Positions 10,001-23,480 of a stretch of DNA of 64,000 nucleotides are shown here, piece after piece. The DNA is taken from assembly GCA_964016885.1 (NCBI GenBank), contig OZ024744.1, positions 127,286,001 through 127,350,000 on the forward strand, written 5' to 3'. Origin of the DNA: Eledone cirrhosa. Lineage: Eukaryota. The notes beneath the pieces were generated by a model, which saw nothing but the letters and a program-made list of their open reading frames with translations, was not told the origin of the DNA and searched no databases. Position 1 is the first letter of the stretch; every line of letters begins with the position of its first letter. The position numbers were made by a program, and so were the translations under genes.

Positions 10001-13000
10001 TTCAGTTAAGTTGGGGTTAAATTAAGTTGGGGTTAAGTTAAGTTGGGGTTAGTTAAGTTGGGGTTAAGTTAAGTTGGGGTTAAATTAAGTTGGGGTTAAG
10101 TTAAGTTGGGGTTAAGTTAAGTTGGGGTTAAGTTAAGTTGGCGTTAAGTTAAGTTGGGGTTAAGTTAAGTTGGGGTTAAGTTAAGTTGGAGTTAAGTTAA
10201 GTTGGGGTTAAGTTAAGTTGGAGTTAAGTCAAGTTGGGGTTAAGTCAAGTTGGGGTTAAGTCAAGTTGGGGTTAAGTTAAGTTGGGGTTAAGTTAAGTTG
10301 GGGTTAAGTTAAGTTGGGGGTAAGTTAAGTTGGGTGTAAGTTAAGTTGGGGTTAAGTTAAGTTGGGGTTCAGTTCAGTTGGGGTTAAGTTAAGTTGGGGT
10401 TAAGTTAAGCTGGGGGTAAGTTAAGCTGGGGGTAAGTTAAGTTGGGGTTAAGTTAAGTTGGGGTTAAGTTAAGTTGGGGTTAAGTTAAGTTGGGGTTAAG
10501 TTAAGTTGGAGTTAAGTTAAGTTGGGGTTAAGCTAAGTTGGGGTTCAGTTAAGTTGGGGTTAAGTTAATTTGGGGCTGAGTTAAGTTGGGGTTAAGTTAA
10601 GTTCGGGTTGAGTTAAGTTGGGGGTAAGTTAAGTTGGGGTTAAGTTAAGTTGGGGTTAAGTTAAGTTGGGGTTAAGATAAGTTGGGGTTAAGTTAAGTTG
10701 GGGTTAATTTAAGTTGGGGTTGAGTTAATTTGGGTTTAAGTTAAGTTGGGCTTAACTTAAGTTGGGGTTAAGTTAAGTTGGGGTTAAGTTAAGTTGGGGG
10801 TAAGTTAAGTTGGGGGCAAGTTAAGTTGGGGTTAATTTAAGTTGGGGTTAAGTTAAATTGGGGTTATGTTAAGTTGGGGTTAAGTTAAGTTGGGGTTAAG
10901 TTAAGTTGGGGGTAACTTAAGTTGGGGTTAAGTTAAGTTGGGGTTAAGTTAAGTTGAGGGTAAGTTAAGTTGAGGGTAAGTTAAGTTGAGGTTAAGTTAA
11001 GTTGGGGTTAAGTTAAGTTGGGGGTAAGTTAAGTTGGGGGTAAGTTAAGTTGGGGTTAAGTTAAGTTGGGGTTAAATTAAGTTGAGGTTAAGTTAATTTG
11101 GGGTTAAGTTGGGGTTAAGTTAAGTTGGGGGTAAGATAAGTTGGGGCTAAGTTAAGTTGGGGCTAAGTTAAGTTGGGGCTAAGTCAAGTTGGGGTTAAGT
11201 CAAGTTGAGGTTAACTTAAGTTGGGGTTAAGTTAAGTTGGGGTTAAGTTAAGTTGGGGCTAAGTTAAGTTGGGGCTAAGTTAAGTTGGGGCTGAGTTAAG
11301 TTGGGGTTAAGTTAAGTTGGGGTTAAGTTAAGTTAGAGTTAATTTCAGTTGGGGTTATGTTAAGTTGGGGTTAAGTTAAAGTTGGGGTTAAGTTAAGTTG
11401 GGGTAAAGTTAAGTTAGGGTTAAGTTAAGTTGGGGTTAAGTTAAGTTGGGCTTAAATTAAGTTGGGGTTAAGTTAAGTTGGGGTTAAGTTAAGTTGGGGT
11501 TAAATTAAGTTGGGGTTCAGTTAAGTTGGGGTTAAATTAAGTTGGGGTTAAGTTGGGGTTAGTTAAGTTGGGGTTAAGTTAAGTTGGGGTTAAGTTAAGT
11601 TGGGGTTAAGTTAAGTTGGGGTTAAGTTAAGTTGGGGTTAAGTTAAGTTGGGGTTAAGTTAAGTTGGGGTTAAATTAAGTTGGGGTTAAGTTAAGTTGGG
11701 GTTAAGTTAAGTTGGGGTTAGTTAAGTTGGGGTTAAGTTAAGTTGGGGTTAAGTTAAGTTGGGGTTAAGTTAAGTTGGGGTTAAGTTAAGTTGGCGTTAA
11801 GTTAAGTTGGGGTTAAGTTAAGTTGGGGTTAATTTAAGTTGGGGTTAAGATAAGGTGTGGTTAAGTTAAGTTGGGGGTAAGTTAAGTTGGGTGTAAGTTA
11901 AGTTGGGGTTAAGTTAAGTTGGGGTTCAGTTCAGTTGGGGTTAAGTTAAGTTGGGGTTAAGTTAAGCTGGGGGTAAGTTAAGTTGGGGTTAAGTTAAGTT
12001 GGGGTTAAGTTAAGTTGGGGTTAAGTTAAGTTGGGGTTAAGTTAAGTTGGGGTTAAGTTAAGTTGGAGTTAAGTTAAGTTGGGGTTAAGCTAAGTTGGGG
12101 TTCAGTTAAGTTGGGGTTAAGTTAATTTGGGGCTGAGTTAAGTGGGGTTAAGTTAAGTTCGGGTTGAGTTAAGTTGGGGTTAAGTTGGGGTTAAGTTAAG
12201 TTGGGGTTAAGTTAAGTTGGGGTTAAGATAAGTTGGGGTTAAGTTAAGTTGGGGTTAATTTAAGTTGGGGTTGAGGTAATTTGGGTTTAAGTTAAGTTGG
12301 GCTTAACTTAAGTTGGGGTTAAGTTGGGGTTAAGTTAAGTTGGGGTTAAGTTAAGTTGGGGGTAAGTTAAGTTGGGGGCAAGTTAAGTTGGGGTTAATTT
12401 AAGTTGGGGTTAAGTTAAGTTGGGGTTATGTTAAGTTGGGGTTATGTTAAGTTGGGGTTAAGTTAAGTTGGGGTTAAGTTAAGTTGGGGGTAAGTTAAGT
12501 TGATGGTAAGTTAAGTTGGGGTTAAGTTAAGTTGGGGGTAAGATAAGTTGGGGCTAAGTTAAGTTGGGCTTAACTTAAGTTGGGGTTAAGTTGGGGTTAA
12601 TTTAAGTTGGGGTTAAGTTAAGTTGGGGTTAAGGTAAGTTGGGGTTAAGTTAAGTTGGGGCTAAGTTAAGTTGGGGCTAAGTTAAGTTGGGGCTGAGTTA
12701 AGTTGGGGTTAAGTTGGGGTTGAGTTAAGTTGGGGTTAAGTTAAGTTGGGGTTAACTTAAGTTGGGGTTAAGTTAAGATGGGGTTAAGTTAAGTTGGGGG
12801 TAAGTTAAGTTGGGGGCAAGTTGAGTTGGGGTTAAGTTAAGTTGGGGTTAAGTTAAGGTGGGGGTAAGTTAAGTTGGGGGTAAGTTAAGTTGGCGTTAAG
12901 TTAAGTTGGGGTTAAGTTAAGTTGGGTTTAAGTTAAGTTGGGGCTAAGTTAAGTTGGGGCTAAGTTAAGTTGGGGCTGAGTTAAGTTGGGGTTGAGTTAA

Positions 13001-16000
13001 GTTGGGGTTAACTTAAGTTGGGGTTAAGTTGGGGTTAAGTTAAGTTGGGGGTTAGTTAAGTTGGGGGCAAGTTAAGTTGGGGTTAAGATAAGTTGGGGTT
13101 AAGTTAAGTTGGGGTTAAGTTAAGTTTGGGTTGAGTTAATTTGGGGTTAAGTTAAGTTGGGGTTAACTTAAGTTGGGGTTAAGTTGGGGTTAATTTAAGT
13201 TGGGGGTAGGTTAAGTTGGGGTTAAGTTAAGTTGGGGGTAAGTTAAGTCGGGGTTAAGTTAAGTTGGGGGTAAGTTAAGTCGGGGTTAAGTTAAGTTGGG
13301 GTTAAGTTAAGTTGGGGTTAAGTTAAGTTGGGGGTAAGTTAAGTCGGGGTTAAGTTAAGTTGGGGTTAAGTTAAGTTGGGTTTAAGTTAAGTTGGGGCTA
13401 AGTTAAGTTGGGGCTAAGTTAAGTTGGGGCTGAGTTAAGTTGGGGGTAAGTTAAGTTGGGTGTAAGTTAAGTTGGGGTTAAGTTAAGTTGGGGTTCAGTT
13501 CAGTTGGGGTTAAGTTAAGTTGGGGTTAAGTTAAGCTGGGGTTAAGTTAAGTTGGGGTTAAGTTAAGTTGGGGTTAAGTTAAGTTGGGGTTAAGTTAAGT
13601 TGGGGTTGAGTTAAGTTGGGGTTGAGTTAAGTTGGGGTTAAGTTAAGTTGGGGTTAAGTTAAGTTGGGGTTAAGTTAAGTTGGGGTTAAGTTAAGTTGGG
13701 GTTAAGTTAAGTTGGGGGTAAGTTAAGTTGGGGGCAAGTTAAGTTGGGGTTAAGTTAAGTTGGGGTTAAGTTAAGTTGGGGTTAAGTTAAGTTAGGGTTA
13801 ATTTCAGTTGGGGTTATGTTAAGTTGGCGTTAGGTTAAGTTGGGGTTAAGTTAAAGTTGGGGTTAAGTTAAGTTGGGGTAAAGTTAAGTTAGGGTTAAAT
13901 TAAGTTGGGGTTCAGTTAAGTTGGGGTTAAATTAAGTTGGGGTTAAGTTAAGTTGGGGTTAGTTAAGTTGGGGTTAAGTTAAGTTGGGGTTAAATTAAGT
14001 TGGGGTTAAGTTAAGTTGGGGTTCAGTTAAGTTGGGGTTAAGTTAAGTTGGCGTTAAGTTAAGTTGGGGTTAAGTTAAGTTGGGGTTAAGTTAAGTTGGG
14101 GTTAAGTTAAGTTGGGGTTAAGTTAAGTTGGGGTTAAGTTAAGTTGGAGTTAAGTCAAGTTGGGGTTAAGTCAAGTTGGGGTTAAGTCAAGTTGGGGTTA
14201 AGTCAAGTTGGGGTTAAGTTAAGTTGGGGTTAAGTTAAGTTGGGGTTAAGTTAAGTTGGGGGTAAGTTAAGTTGGGTGTAAGTTAAGTTGGGGTTAAGTT
14301 AAGTTGGGGTTCAGTTCAGTTGGGGTTAAGTTAAGTTGGGGTTAAGTTAAGCTGGGGGTAAGTTAAGTTGGGGTTAAGTTAAGTTGGGGTTAAGTTAAGT
14401 TAGGGTTAAGTTAAGTTGGGGTTAAGTTAAGTTGGAGTTAAGTTAAGTTGGGGTTAAGCTAAGTTGGGGTTCAGTTAAGTTGGGGTTAAGTTAATTTGGG
14501 GCTGAGTTAAGTTGGGGTTAAGTTAAGTTCGGGTTGAGTTAAGTTGGGGGTAAGTTAAGTTGGGGTTAAGTTAAGTTGGGGTTAAGTTAAGTTGGCGTTA
14601 AGACAAGTTGGGGTTAAGTTAAGTTGGGGTTAATTTAAGTTGGGGTTGAGTTAATTTGGGTTTAAGTTAAGTTGGGCTTAACTTAAGTTGGGGTTAAGTT
14701 AAGTTGGGGTTAAGTTAAGTTGGGGGTAAGTTAAGTTGGGGGCAAGTTAAGTTGGGGTTAATTTAAGTTGGGGTTAAGTTAAGTTGGGGTTATGTTAAGT
14801 TGGGGTTAAGTTAAGTTGGGGTTAATTTAAGTTGGGGGTAACTTAAGTTGGGGTTAAGTTAAGATGGGGTTAAGTTAAGTTGAGGGTAAGTTAAGTTGAG
14901 GGTAAGTTAAGTTGAGGTTAAGTTAAGTTGGGGTTAAGTTAAGTTGGGGGTAAGTTAAGTTGGGGGTAAGTTAAGTTGGGGTTAAGTTAAGTTGGGGTTA
15001 AATTAAGTTGAGGTTAAGTTAATTTGGGGTTAAGTTGGGGTTAAGTTAAGTTGGGGGTAAGATAAGTTGGGGCTAAGTTAAGTTGGGGCTAAGTCAAGTT
15101 GGGGTTAAGTCAAGTTGAGGTTAACTTAAGTTGGGGTTAAGTTAAGTTGGGGTTAAGTTAAGTTGGGGCTAAGTTAAGTTGGGGCTAAGTTAAGTTGGGG
15201 CTGAGTTAAGTTGGGGTTAAGTTAAGTTGGGGTTAAGTTAAGTTAGAGTTAATTTCAGTTGGGGTTATGTTAAGTTGGGGTTAAGTTAAAGTTGGGGTTA
15301 AGTTAAGTTGGGGTAAAGTTAAGTTAGGGTTAAGTTAAGTTGGGGTTAAGTTAAGTTGGGCTTAAATTAAGTTGGGGTTAAGTTAAGTTGGGGTTAAGTT
15401 AAGTTGGGGTTAAATTAAGTTGGGGTTCAGTTAAGTTGGGGTTAAATTAAGTTGGGGTTAAGTTAAGTTGGGGTTAAGTTAATTTGGGGTTAAGTTAAGT
15501 TGGGGTTAAGTTAAGTTGGGGTTAAGTTAAGTTGGGGTTAAGTTAAGTTGGGGTTAAGTTAAGTTGGGGTTAAATTAAGTTGGGGTTCAGTTAAGTTGGG
15601 GTTAAGTTAAGTTGGGGTTAAGTTAAGTTGGGGTTAGTTAAGTTGGGGTTAAGTTAAGTTGGGGTTAAGTTAAGTTGGGGTTAAGTTAAGTTGGGGTTAA
15701 GTTAAGTTGGCGTTAAGTTAAGTTGGGGTTAAGTTAAGTTGGGGTTAATTTAAGTTGGGGTTAAGATAAGGTGTGGTTAAGTTAAGTTGGGGGTGTAAGT
15801 TAAGTTGGGGTTAAGTTAAGTTGGGGTTCAGTTCAGTTGGGGTTAAGTTAAGTTGGGGTTAAGTTAAGCTGGGGGTAAGTTAAGTTGGGGTTAAGTTAAG
15901 TTGGGGTTAAGTTAAGTTGGGGTTAAGTTAAGTTGGGGTTAAGTTAAGTTGGGGTTAAGTTAAGTTGGAGTTAAGTTAAGTTGGAGTTAAGTTGAGTTGG

Positions 16001-19000
16001 GGTTAAGCTAAGTTGGGGTTAAGTTAAGTTGGGGTTAAGTTAAGTTGGGGTTAAGATAAGTTGGGGTTAAGTTAAGTTGGGGTTAATTTAAGTTGGGGTT
16101 GAGGTAATTTGGGTTTAAGTTAAGTTGGGCTTAACTTAAGTTGGGGTTAAGTTGGGGTTAAGTTAAGTTGGGGTTAAGTTAAGTTGGGGGTAAGTTAAGT
16201 TGGGGGCAAGTTAAGTTGGGGTTAATTTAAGTTGGGGTTAAGTTAAGTTGGGGTTATGTTAAGTTGGGGTTATGTTAAGTTGGGGTTAAGTTAAGTTGGG
16301 GTTAAGTTAAGTTGGGGGTAAGTTAAGTTGATGGTAAGTTAAGTTGGGGTTAAGTTAAGTTGGGGTTAAGTTAAGTTGGGGGTAAGATAAGTTGGGGCTA
16401 AGTTAAGTTGGGCTTAACTTAAGTTGGGGTTAAGTTGGGGTTAATTTAAGTTGGGGTTAAGGTAAGTTGGGGTTAAGTTAAGTTGGGGCTAAGTTAAGTT
16501 GGGGCTAAGTTAAGTTGGGGCTGAGTTAAGTTGGGGTTAAGTTGGGGTTGAGTTAAGTTGGGGTTAAGTTAAGTTGGGGTTAACTTAAGTTGGGGTTAAG
16601 TTAAGATGGGGTTAAGTTAAGATGGGGTTAAGTTAAGTTGGGGGTAAGTTAAGTTGGGGGTAAGTTAAGTTGGCGTTAAGTTAAGTTGGGGTTAAGTTAA
16701 GTTGGGGTTAAGTTAAGTTGGGTTTAAGTTAAGTTGGGGCTAAGTTAAGTTGGGGCTAAGTTAAGTTCGGGCTGAGTTAGTTTGGGGTTGAGTTAAGTTG
16801 GGGTTAACTTAAGTTGGGGTTAAGTTGGGGTTAAGTTAAGTTGGGGGTTAGTTAAGTTGGGGGCAAGTTAAGTTGGGGTTAATTTAAGTTGGGGTTAAGT
16901 TAAGTTGGGGTTCAATTAAGTTGGGGGTAAGTTAAGTTGGGGGTAAGTTAAGTTGGGGTTAAGTTAAGTTGGGGTTAAATTAAGTTGAGGTTAAGTTAAG
17001 TTGGGGTTAAGTTAAGTTGGGGTTAAGTTCGGGTTGGGGTTAAGATAAGTTGGGGCTAAGTTCAGTTGGGGCTAAGTCAAGTTGGGGTTAAGTCAAGTTG
17101 AGGTTAACTTAAGTTGGGGTTAAGTTAAGTTGGGGTTAAGTTAAGTTGGGGTTAAGGTAAGTTGGGGTTATGTTAAGTTGGGGCTAAGTTAAGTTGGGGC
17201 TAAGTTAAGTTGGGGCTAAGTTAAGTTGGGGCTGAGTTAAGTTGGGGTTAAGTTAAGTTGGGGTTGAGTTAAGTTGGGGTTAAGTTAAGTTGGGATTAAG
17301 TTAAGTTGGGGTTAAGTTAAGTTCGGCTTGAGTTAAGTTGGGGTTAAGTTAAGTTGGGGTTAATTTAAGTTGGGGTTAAGTTAAGTTGGGGGTAAGTTAA
17401 GTTGGGTGTAAGTTAAGTTGGGGTTAAGTTAAGTTGGGGTTCAGTTCAGTTGGGGTTAAGTTAAGTTGGGGTTAAGTTAAGTTGGGGTTAAGTTAAGTTG
17501 GGGTTAAGTTAAGTTGGGGGTAAGTTAAGTTGGGGGCAAGTTAAGTTGGGGTTAATTTAAGTTGGGGTTAAGTTAAGTTGGGGTTATGTTAAGTTGGGGT
17601 TAAGTTAAGTTGGGGTTAAGTTAAGTTGGGGTTAAGTTAAGTTGGGGTTAAGGTAAGTTGGGGTTAAGTTAAGTTGGGGCTAAGTTAAGTTGGGGCTAAG
17701 TTAAGTTGGGGCTGAGTTAAGTTGGGGTTAAGTTGGGGTTGAGTTAAGTTGGGGTTAAGTTAAGTTGGGGTTAACTTAAGTTGGGGTTAAGTTAAGATGG
17801 GGTTAAGTTAAGTTGGGGGTAAGTTAAGTTGGGGGTAAGTTAAGTTGGCGTTAAGTTAAGTTGGGGTTAAGTTAAGTTGGGTTTAAGTTAAGTTGGGGCT
17901 AAGTTAAGTTGGGGCTAAGTTAAGTTGGGGCTGAGTTAAGTTGGGGTTGAGTTAAGTTGGGGTTAACTTAAGTTGGGGTTAAGTTGGGGTTAAGTTAAGT
18001 TGGGGGTTAGTTAAGTTGGGGGCAAGTTAAGTTGGGGTTAATTTAAGTTGGGGTTAAGTTAAGTTGGGGTTATGTTAAGTTGGGGTTAAGTTAAGTTGGG
18101 GTTAAGTTAAGTTGGGGGTAAGTTAACTGGGGTTAAGTTAAGTTGGGGGTAAGTTAAGTTGAGGCTAAGTTAAGTTGGGGTTAAGTTAAGTTGGGGTTCA
18201 ATTAAGTTGGGGGTAAGTTAAGTTGGGGGTAAGTTAAGTTGGGGTTAAGTTAAGTTGGGGTTAAATTAAGTTGAGGTTAAGTTAAGTTGGGGTTAAGTTA
18301 AGTTGGGGTTAAGTTAAGTTGGGGTTAAGATAAGTTGGGGCTAAGTTCAGTTGGGGCTAAGTCAAGTTGAGGTTAACTTAAGTTGGGGTTAAGTTAAGTT
18401 GGGGTTAAGTTAAGTTGGGGTTAATTTAAGTTGGGGTTATGTTAAGTTGGGGCTAAGTTAAGTTGGGGCTAAGTTAAGTTGGGGTTAAGTTAAGTTGGGG
18501 GTAAGTTAAGTTGGGTGTAAGTTAAGTTGGGGTTAAGTTAAGTTGGGGTTCAGTTCAGTTGGGGTTAAGTTAAGTTGGGGTTAAGTTAAGTTGGGGTTAA
18601 GTTAAGTTGGGGGTAAGTTAAGTTGGGGGCAAGTTAAGTTGGGGTTAATTTAAGTTGGGGTTAAGTTAAGTTGGGGTTATGTTAAGTTGGGGTTAAGTTA
18701 AGTTGGGGTTAAGTTAAGTTGGGGGTAACTTAAGTTGGGGTTAAGTTAAGTTGGGGTTAAGTTAAGTTGAGGGTAAGTTAAGTTGAGGGTAAGTTAAGTT
18801 GAGGTTAAGTTAAGTTGGGGTTAAGTTAAGTTGGGGGTAAGTTAAGTTGGGGGTAAGTTAAGTTGGGGTTAAGTTAAGTTGGGGTTAAATTAAGTTGAGG
18901 TTAAGTTAATTTGGGGTTAAGTTGGGGTTAAGTTAAGTTGGGGGTAAGATAAGTTGGGGCTAAGTTAAGTTGGGGCTAAGTCAAGTTGGGGTTAAGTCAA

Positions 19001-22000
19001 GTTGAGGTTAACTTAAGTTGGGGTTAAGTTAAGTTGGGGTTAAGTTAAGTTGGGGCTAAGTTAAGTTGGGGCTAAGTTAAGTTGGGGCTGAGTTAAGTTG
19101 GGGTTAAGTTAAGTTGGGGTTAAGTTAAGTTAGGGTTAATTTCAGTTGGGGTTATGTTAAGTTGGGGTTAAGTTAAAGTTGAGGTTAAGTTAAGTTGGGG
19201 TAAAGTTAAATTAGGGTTAAGTTAAGTTGGGGTTAAGTTAAGTTGGGCTTAAATTAAGTTGGGGTTAAGTTAAGTTGGGGTTAAGTTAAGTTGGGGTTAA
19301 ATTAAGTTGGGGTTCAGTTAAGTTGGGGTTAAATTAAGTTGGGGTTAAGTTAAGTTGGGGTTAGTTAAGTTGGGGTTAAGTTAAGTTGGGGTTAAGTTAA
19401 GTTGGGGTTAAGTTAAGTTGGGGTTAAGTTAAGTTGGGGTTAAGTTAAGTTGGGGTTAAATTAAGTTGGGGTTCAGTTAAGTTGGGGTTAAGTTAAGTTG
19501 GGGTTAAGTTAAGTTGGGGTTAGTTAAGTTGGGGTTAAGTTAAGTTGGGGTTAAGTTAAGTTGGGGTTAAGTTAAGTTGGGGTTAAGTTAAGTTGGGGTT
19601 AAGTTAAGTTGGCGTTAAGTTAAGTTGGGGTTAAGTTAAGTTGGGGTTAATTTAAGTTGGGGTTAAGATAAGGTGTGGTTAAGTTAAGTTGGGGGTAAGT
19701 TAAGTTGGGTGTAAGTTAAGTTGGGGTTAAGTTAAGTTGGGGTTCAGTTCAGTTGGGGTTAAGTTAAGTTGGGGTTAAGTTAAGCTGGGGGTAAGTTTAG
19801 TTGGGGTTAAGTTAAGTTGGGGTTAAGTTAAGTTGGGGTTAAGTTAAGTTGGGGTTAAGTTAAGTTGGGGTTAAGTTAAGTTGGAGTTAAGTTAAGTTGG
19901 GGTTAAGCTAAGTTGGGGTTCAGTTAAGTTGGGGTTAAGTTAATTTGGGGCTGAGTTAAGTTGGGGTTAAGTTAAGTTCGGGTTGAGTTAAGTTGGGGTT
20001 AAGTTAAGTTGGGGTTAAGTTAAGTTGGGGTTAAGTTAAGTTGGGGTTAAGATAAGTTGGGGTTAAGTTAAGTTGGGGTTAATTTAAGTTGGGGTTGAGG
20101 TAATTTGGGTTTAAGTTAAGTTGGGCTTAACTTAAGTTGGGGTTAAGTTGGGGTTAAGTTAAGTTGGGGTTAAGTTAAGTTGGGGTTAAGTTAAGTTGGG
20201 TTTAAGTTAAGTTGGGGCTAAGTTAAGTTGGGGCTAAGTTAAGTTGGGGCTGAGTTAAGTTGGGGTTAACTTAAGTTGGGGTTAAGTTGGGGTTAAGTTA
20301 AGTTGGGGTTAAATTAAGTTGGGGGTTAGTTAAGTTGGGGCAAGTTAAGTTGGGGTTAATTTAAGTTGGGGTTAAGTTAAGTTGGGGTTAAATTAAGTTG
20401 GGGTTAAGTTAAGTTGGGGTTGAGGTAAGTTGGGGTTATGTTAAGTTGGGGCTAAGTTAAGTTGGGGCTAAGTTAAGTTGGGGCTGAGTTAAGTTGGGGT
20501 TAAGTTAAGTTGGGGTTGAGTTAAGTTGGGGTTAAGTTAAGTTGGGATTAAGTTAAGTTGGGGTTAAGTTAAGTTCGGCTTGAGTTAAGTTGGGGTTAAG
20601 TTAAGTTGGGGTTAATTTAAGTTGGGGTTAAGTTAAGTTGGGGTTAAGATAAGTTGGGGTTAAGTTAAGTTGGGGTTAAGTTAAGTTTGGGTTGAGTTAA
20701 TTTGGGGTTAAGTTAAGTTGGGGTTAACTTAAGTTGGGGTTAAGTTGGGGTTAAGTTAAGTTGGGGGTAGGTTAAGTTGGGGATAAGTTAAGTTGGGGGT
20801 AAGTTAAGTCGGGGTTAAGTTAAGTTGGGGGTAAGTTAAGTCGGGGTTAAGTTAAGTTGGGGTTAAGTTAAGTTGGGGTTAAGTTAAGTTGGGGGTAAGT
20901 TAAGTCGGGGTTAAGTTAAGTTGGGGTTAAGTTAAGTTGGGTTTAAGTTAAGTTGGGGCTAAGTTAAGTTGGGGCTAAGTTAAGTTGGGGCTGAGTTAAG
21001 TTGGGGGTAAGTTAAGTTGGGTGTAATTTAAGTTGGGGTTAAGTTAAGTTGGGGTTCAGTTCAGTTGGGGTTAAGTTAAGTTGGGGTTAAGTTAAGCTGG
21101 GGTTAAGTTAAGTTGGGGTTAAGTTAAGTTGGGGTTAAGTTAAGTTGGGGTTAAGTTAAGTTGGGGTTGAGTTAAGTTGGGGTTGAGTTAAGTTGGGGTT
21201 AAGTTAAGTTGGGGTTAAGTTAAGTTGGGGTTAAGTTAAGTTGGGGTTAAGTTAAGTTGGGGGTAAGTTAAGTTGGGGGCAAGTTAAGTTGGGGTTAAGT
21301 TAAGTTGGGGTTAAGTTAAGTTGGGGTTAAGTTAAGTTAGGGTTAATTTCAGTTGGGGTTATGTTAAGTTGGCGTTAGGTTAAGTTGGGGTTAAGTTAAA
21401 GTTGGGGTTAAGTTAAGTTGGGGTAAAGTTAAGTTAGGGTTAAATTAAGTTGGGGTTCAGTTAAGTTGGGGTTAAATTAAGTTGGGGTTAAGTTAAGTTG
21501 GGGTTAGTTAAGTTGGGGTTAAGTTAAGTTGGGGTTAAATTAAGTTGGGGTTAAGTTAAGTTGGGGTTAAGTTAAGTTGGGGTTAAGTTAAGTTGGCGTT
21601 AAGTTAAGTTGGGGTTAAGTTAAGTTGGGGTTAAGTTAAGTTGGGGTTAAGTTAAGTTGGGGTTAAGTTAAGTTGGGGTTAAGTTAAGTTGGGGTTAAGT
21701 CAAGTTGGGGTTAAGTCAAGTTGGGGTTAAGTTAAGTTGGGGTTAAGTTAAGTTGGGGTTAAGTTAAGTTGGGGTTAAGTTAAGTTGGGGGTAAGTTAAG
21801 TTGGGTGTAAGTTAAGTTGGGGTTAAGTTAAGTTGGGGTTCAGTTCAGTTGGGGTTAAGTTAAGTTGGGGTTAAGTTAAGCTGGGGGTAAGTTAAGCTGG
21901 GGGTAAGTTAAGTTGGGGTTAAGTTAAGTTGGGGTTAAGTTAAGTTGGGGTTAAGTTAAGTTGGGGTTAAGTTAAGTTGGAGTTAAGTTAAGTTGGGGTT

Positions 22001-23480
22001 AAGCTAAGTTGGGGTTCAGTTAAGTTGGGGTTAAGTTAATTTGGGGCTGAGTTAAGTTGGGGTTAAGTTAAGTTCGGGTTGAGTTAAGTTGGGGGTAAGT
22101 TAAGTTGGGGTTAAGTTAAGTTGGGGTTAAGTTAAGTTGGGGTTAAGATAAGTTGGGGTTAAGTTAAGTTGGGGTTAATTTAAGTTGGGGTTGAGTTAAT
22201 TTGGGTTTAAGTTAAGTTGGGCTTAACTTAAGTTGGGGTTAAGTTAAGTTGGGGTTAAGTTAAGTTGGGGGTAAGTTAAGTTGGGGGCAAGTTAAGTTGG
22301 GGTTAATTTAAGTTGGGGTTAAGTTAAGTTGGGGTTATGTTAAGTTGGGGTTAAGTTAAGTTGGGGTTAAGTTAAGTTGGGGGTAACTTAAGTTGGGGTT
22401 AAGTTAAGTTGGGGTTAAGTTAAGTTGAGGGTAAGTTAAGTTGAGGGTAAGTTAAGTTGAGGTTAAGTTAAGTTGGGGTTAAGTTAAGTTGGGGGTAAGT
22501 TAAGTTGGGGGTAAGTTAAGTTGGGGTTAAGTTAAGTTGGGGTTAAATTAAGTTGAGGTTAAGTTAATTTGGGGTTAAGTTGGGGTTAAGTTAAGTTGGG
22601 GGTAAGATAAGTTGGGGCTAAGTTAAGTTGGGGCTAAGTCAAGTTGGGGTTAAGTCAAGTTGAGGTTAACTTAAGTTGGGGTTAAGTTAAGTTGGGGTTA
22701 AGTTAAGTTGGGGCTAAGTTAAGTTGGGGCTAAGTTAAGTTGGGGCTGAGTTAAGTTGGGGTTAAGTTAAGTTGGGGTTAAGTTAAGTTAGAGTTAATTT
22801 CAGTTGGGGTTATGTTAAGTTGGGGTTAAGTTAAAGTTGGGGTTAAGTTAAGTTGGGGTAAACTTAAGTTAGGGTTAAGTTAAGTTGGGGTTAAGTTAAG
22901 TTGGGCTTAAATTAAGTTGGGGTTAAGTTAAGTTGGGGTTAAGTTAAGTTGGGGTTAAATTAAGTTGGGGTTCAGTTAAGTTGGGGTTAAATTAAGTTGG
23001 GGTTAAGTTGGGGTTAGTTAAGTTGGGGTTAAATTAAGTTGGGGTTCAGTTAAGTTGGGGTTAAATTAAGTTGGGGTTAAGTTGGGGTTAAGTTAAGTTG
23101 GGGTTAAGTTAAGTTGGGGTTAAGTTAAGTTGGGGTTAAGTTAAGTTGGGGTTAAATTAAGTTGGGGTTCAGTTAAGTTGGGGTTAAGTTAAGTTGGGGT
23201 TAAGTTAAGTTGGGGTTAGTTAAGTTGGGGTTAAGTTAAGTTGGGGTTAAGTTAAGTTGGGGTTAAGTTAAGTTGGGGTTAAGTTAAGTTGGCGTTAAGT
23301 TAAGTTGGGGTTAAGTTAAGTTGGGGTTAATTTAAGTTGGGGTTAAGATAAGGTGTGGTTAAGTTAAGTTGGGGGTAAGTTAAGTTGGGTGTAAGTTAAG
23401 TTGGGGTTAAGTTAAGTTGGGGTTCAGTTCAGTTGGGGTTAAGTTAAGTTGGGGTTAAGTTAAGCTGGGGGTAAGTTAAG
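1925..23480 (+). repeat. ~11.5-kb higher-order duplication (~1925-13080 matches ~13081-23480)
   Basis: TTAGAG 3715/15243 and the locally private TTAAGATGGGG 3336/14864 (offset 11,528). GATAAGGTGTGG 4221/15765, 8244/19667 and 11849/23347 (offsets 11,544, 11,423, 11,498). The variant pattern jumps back at ~13081. Confidence 0.85.
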
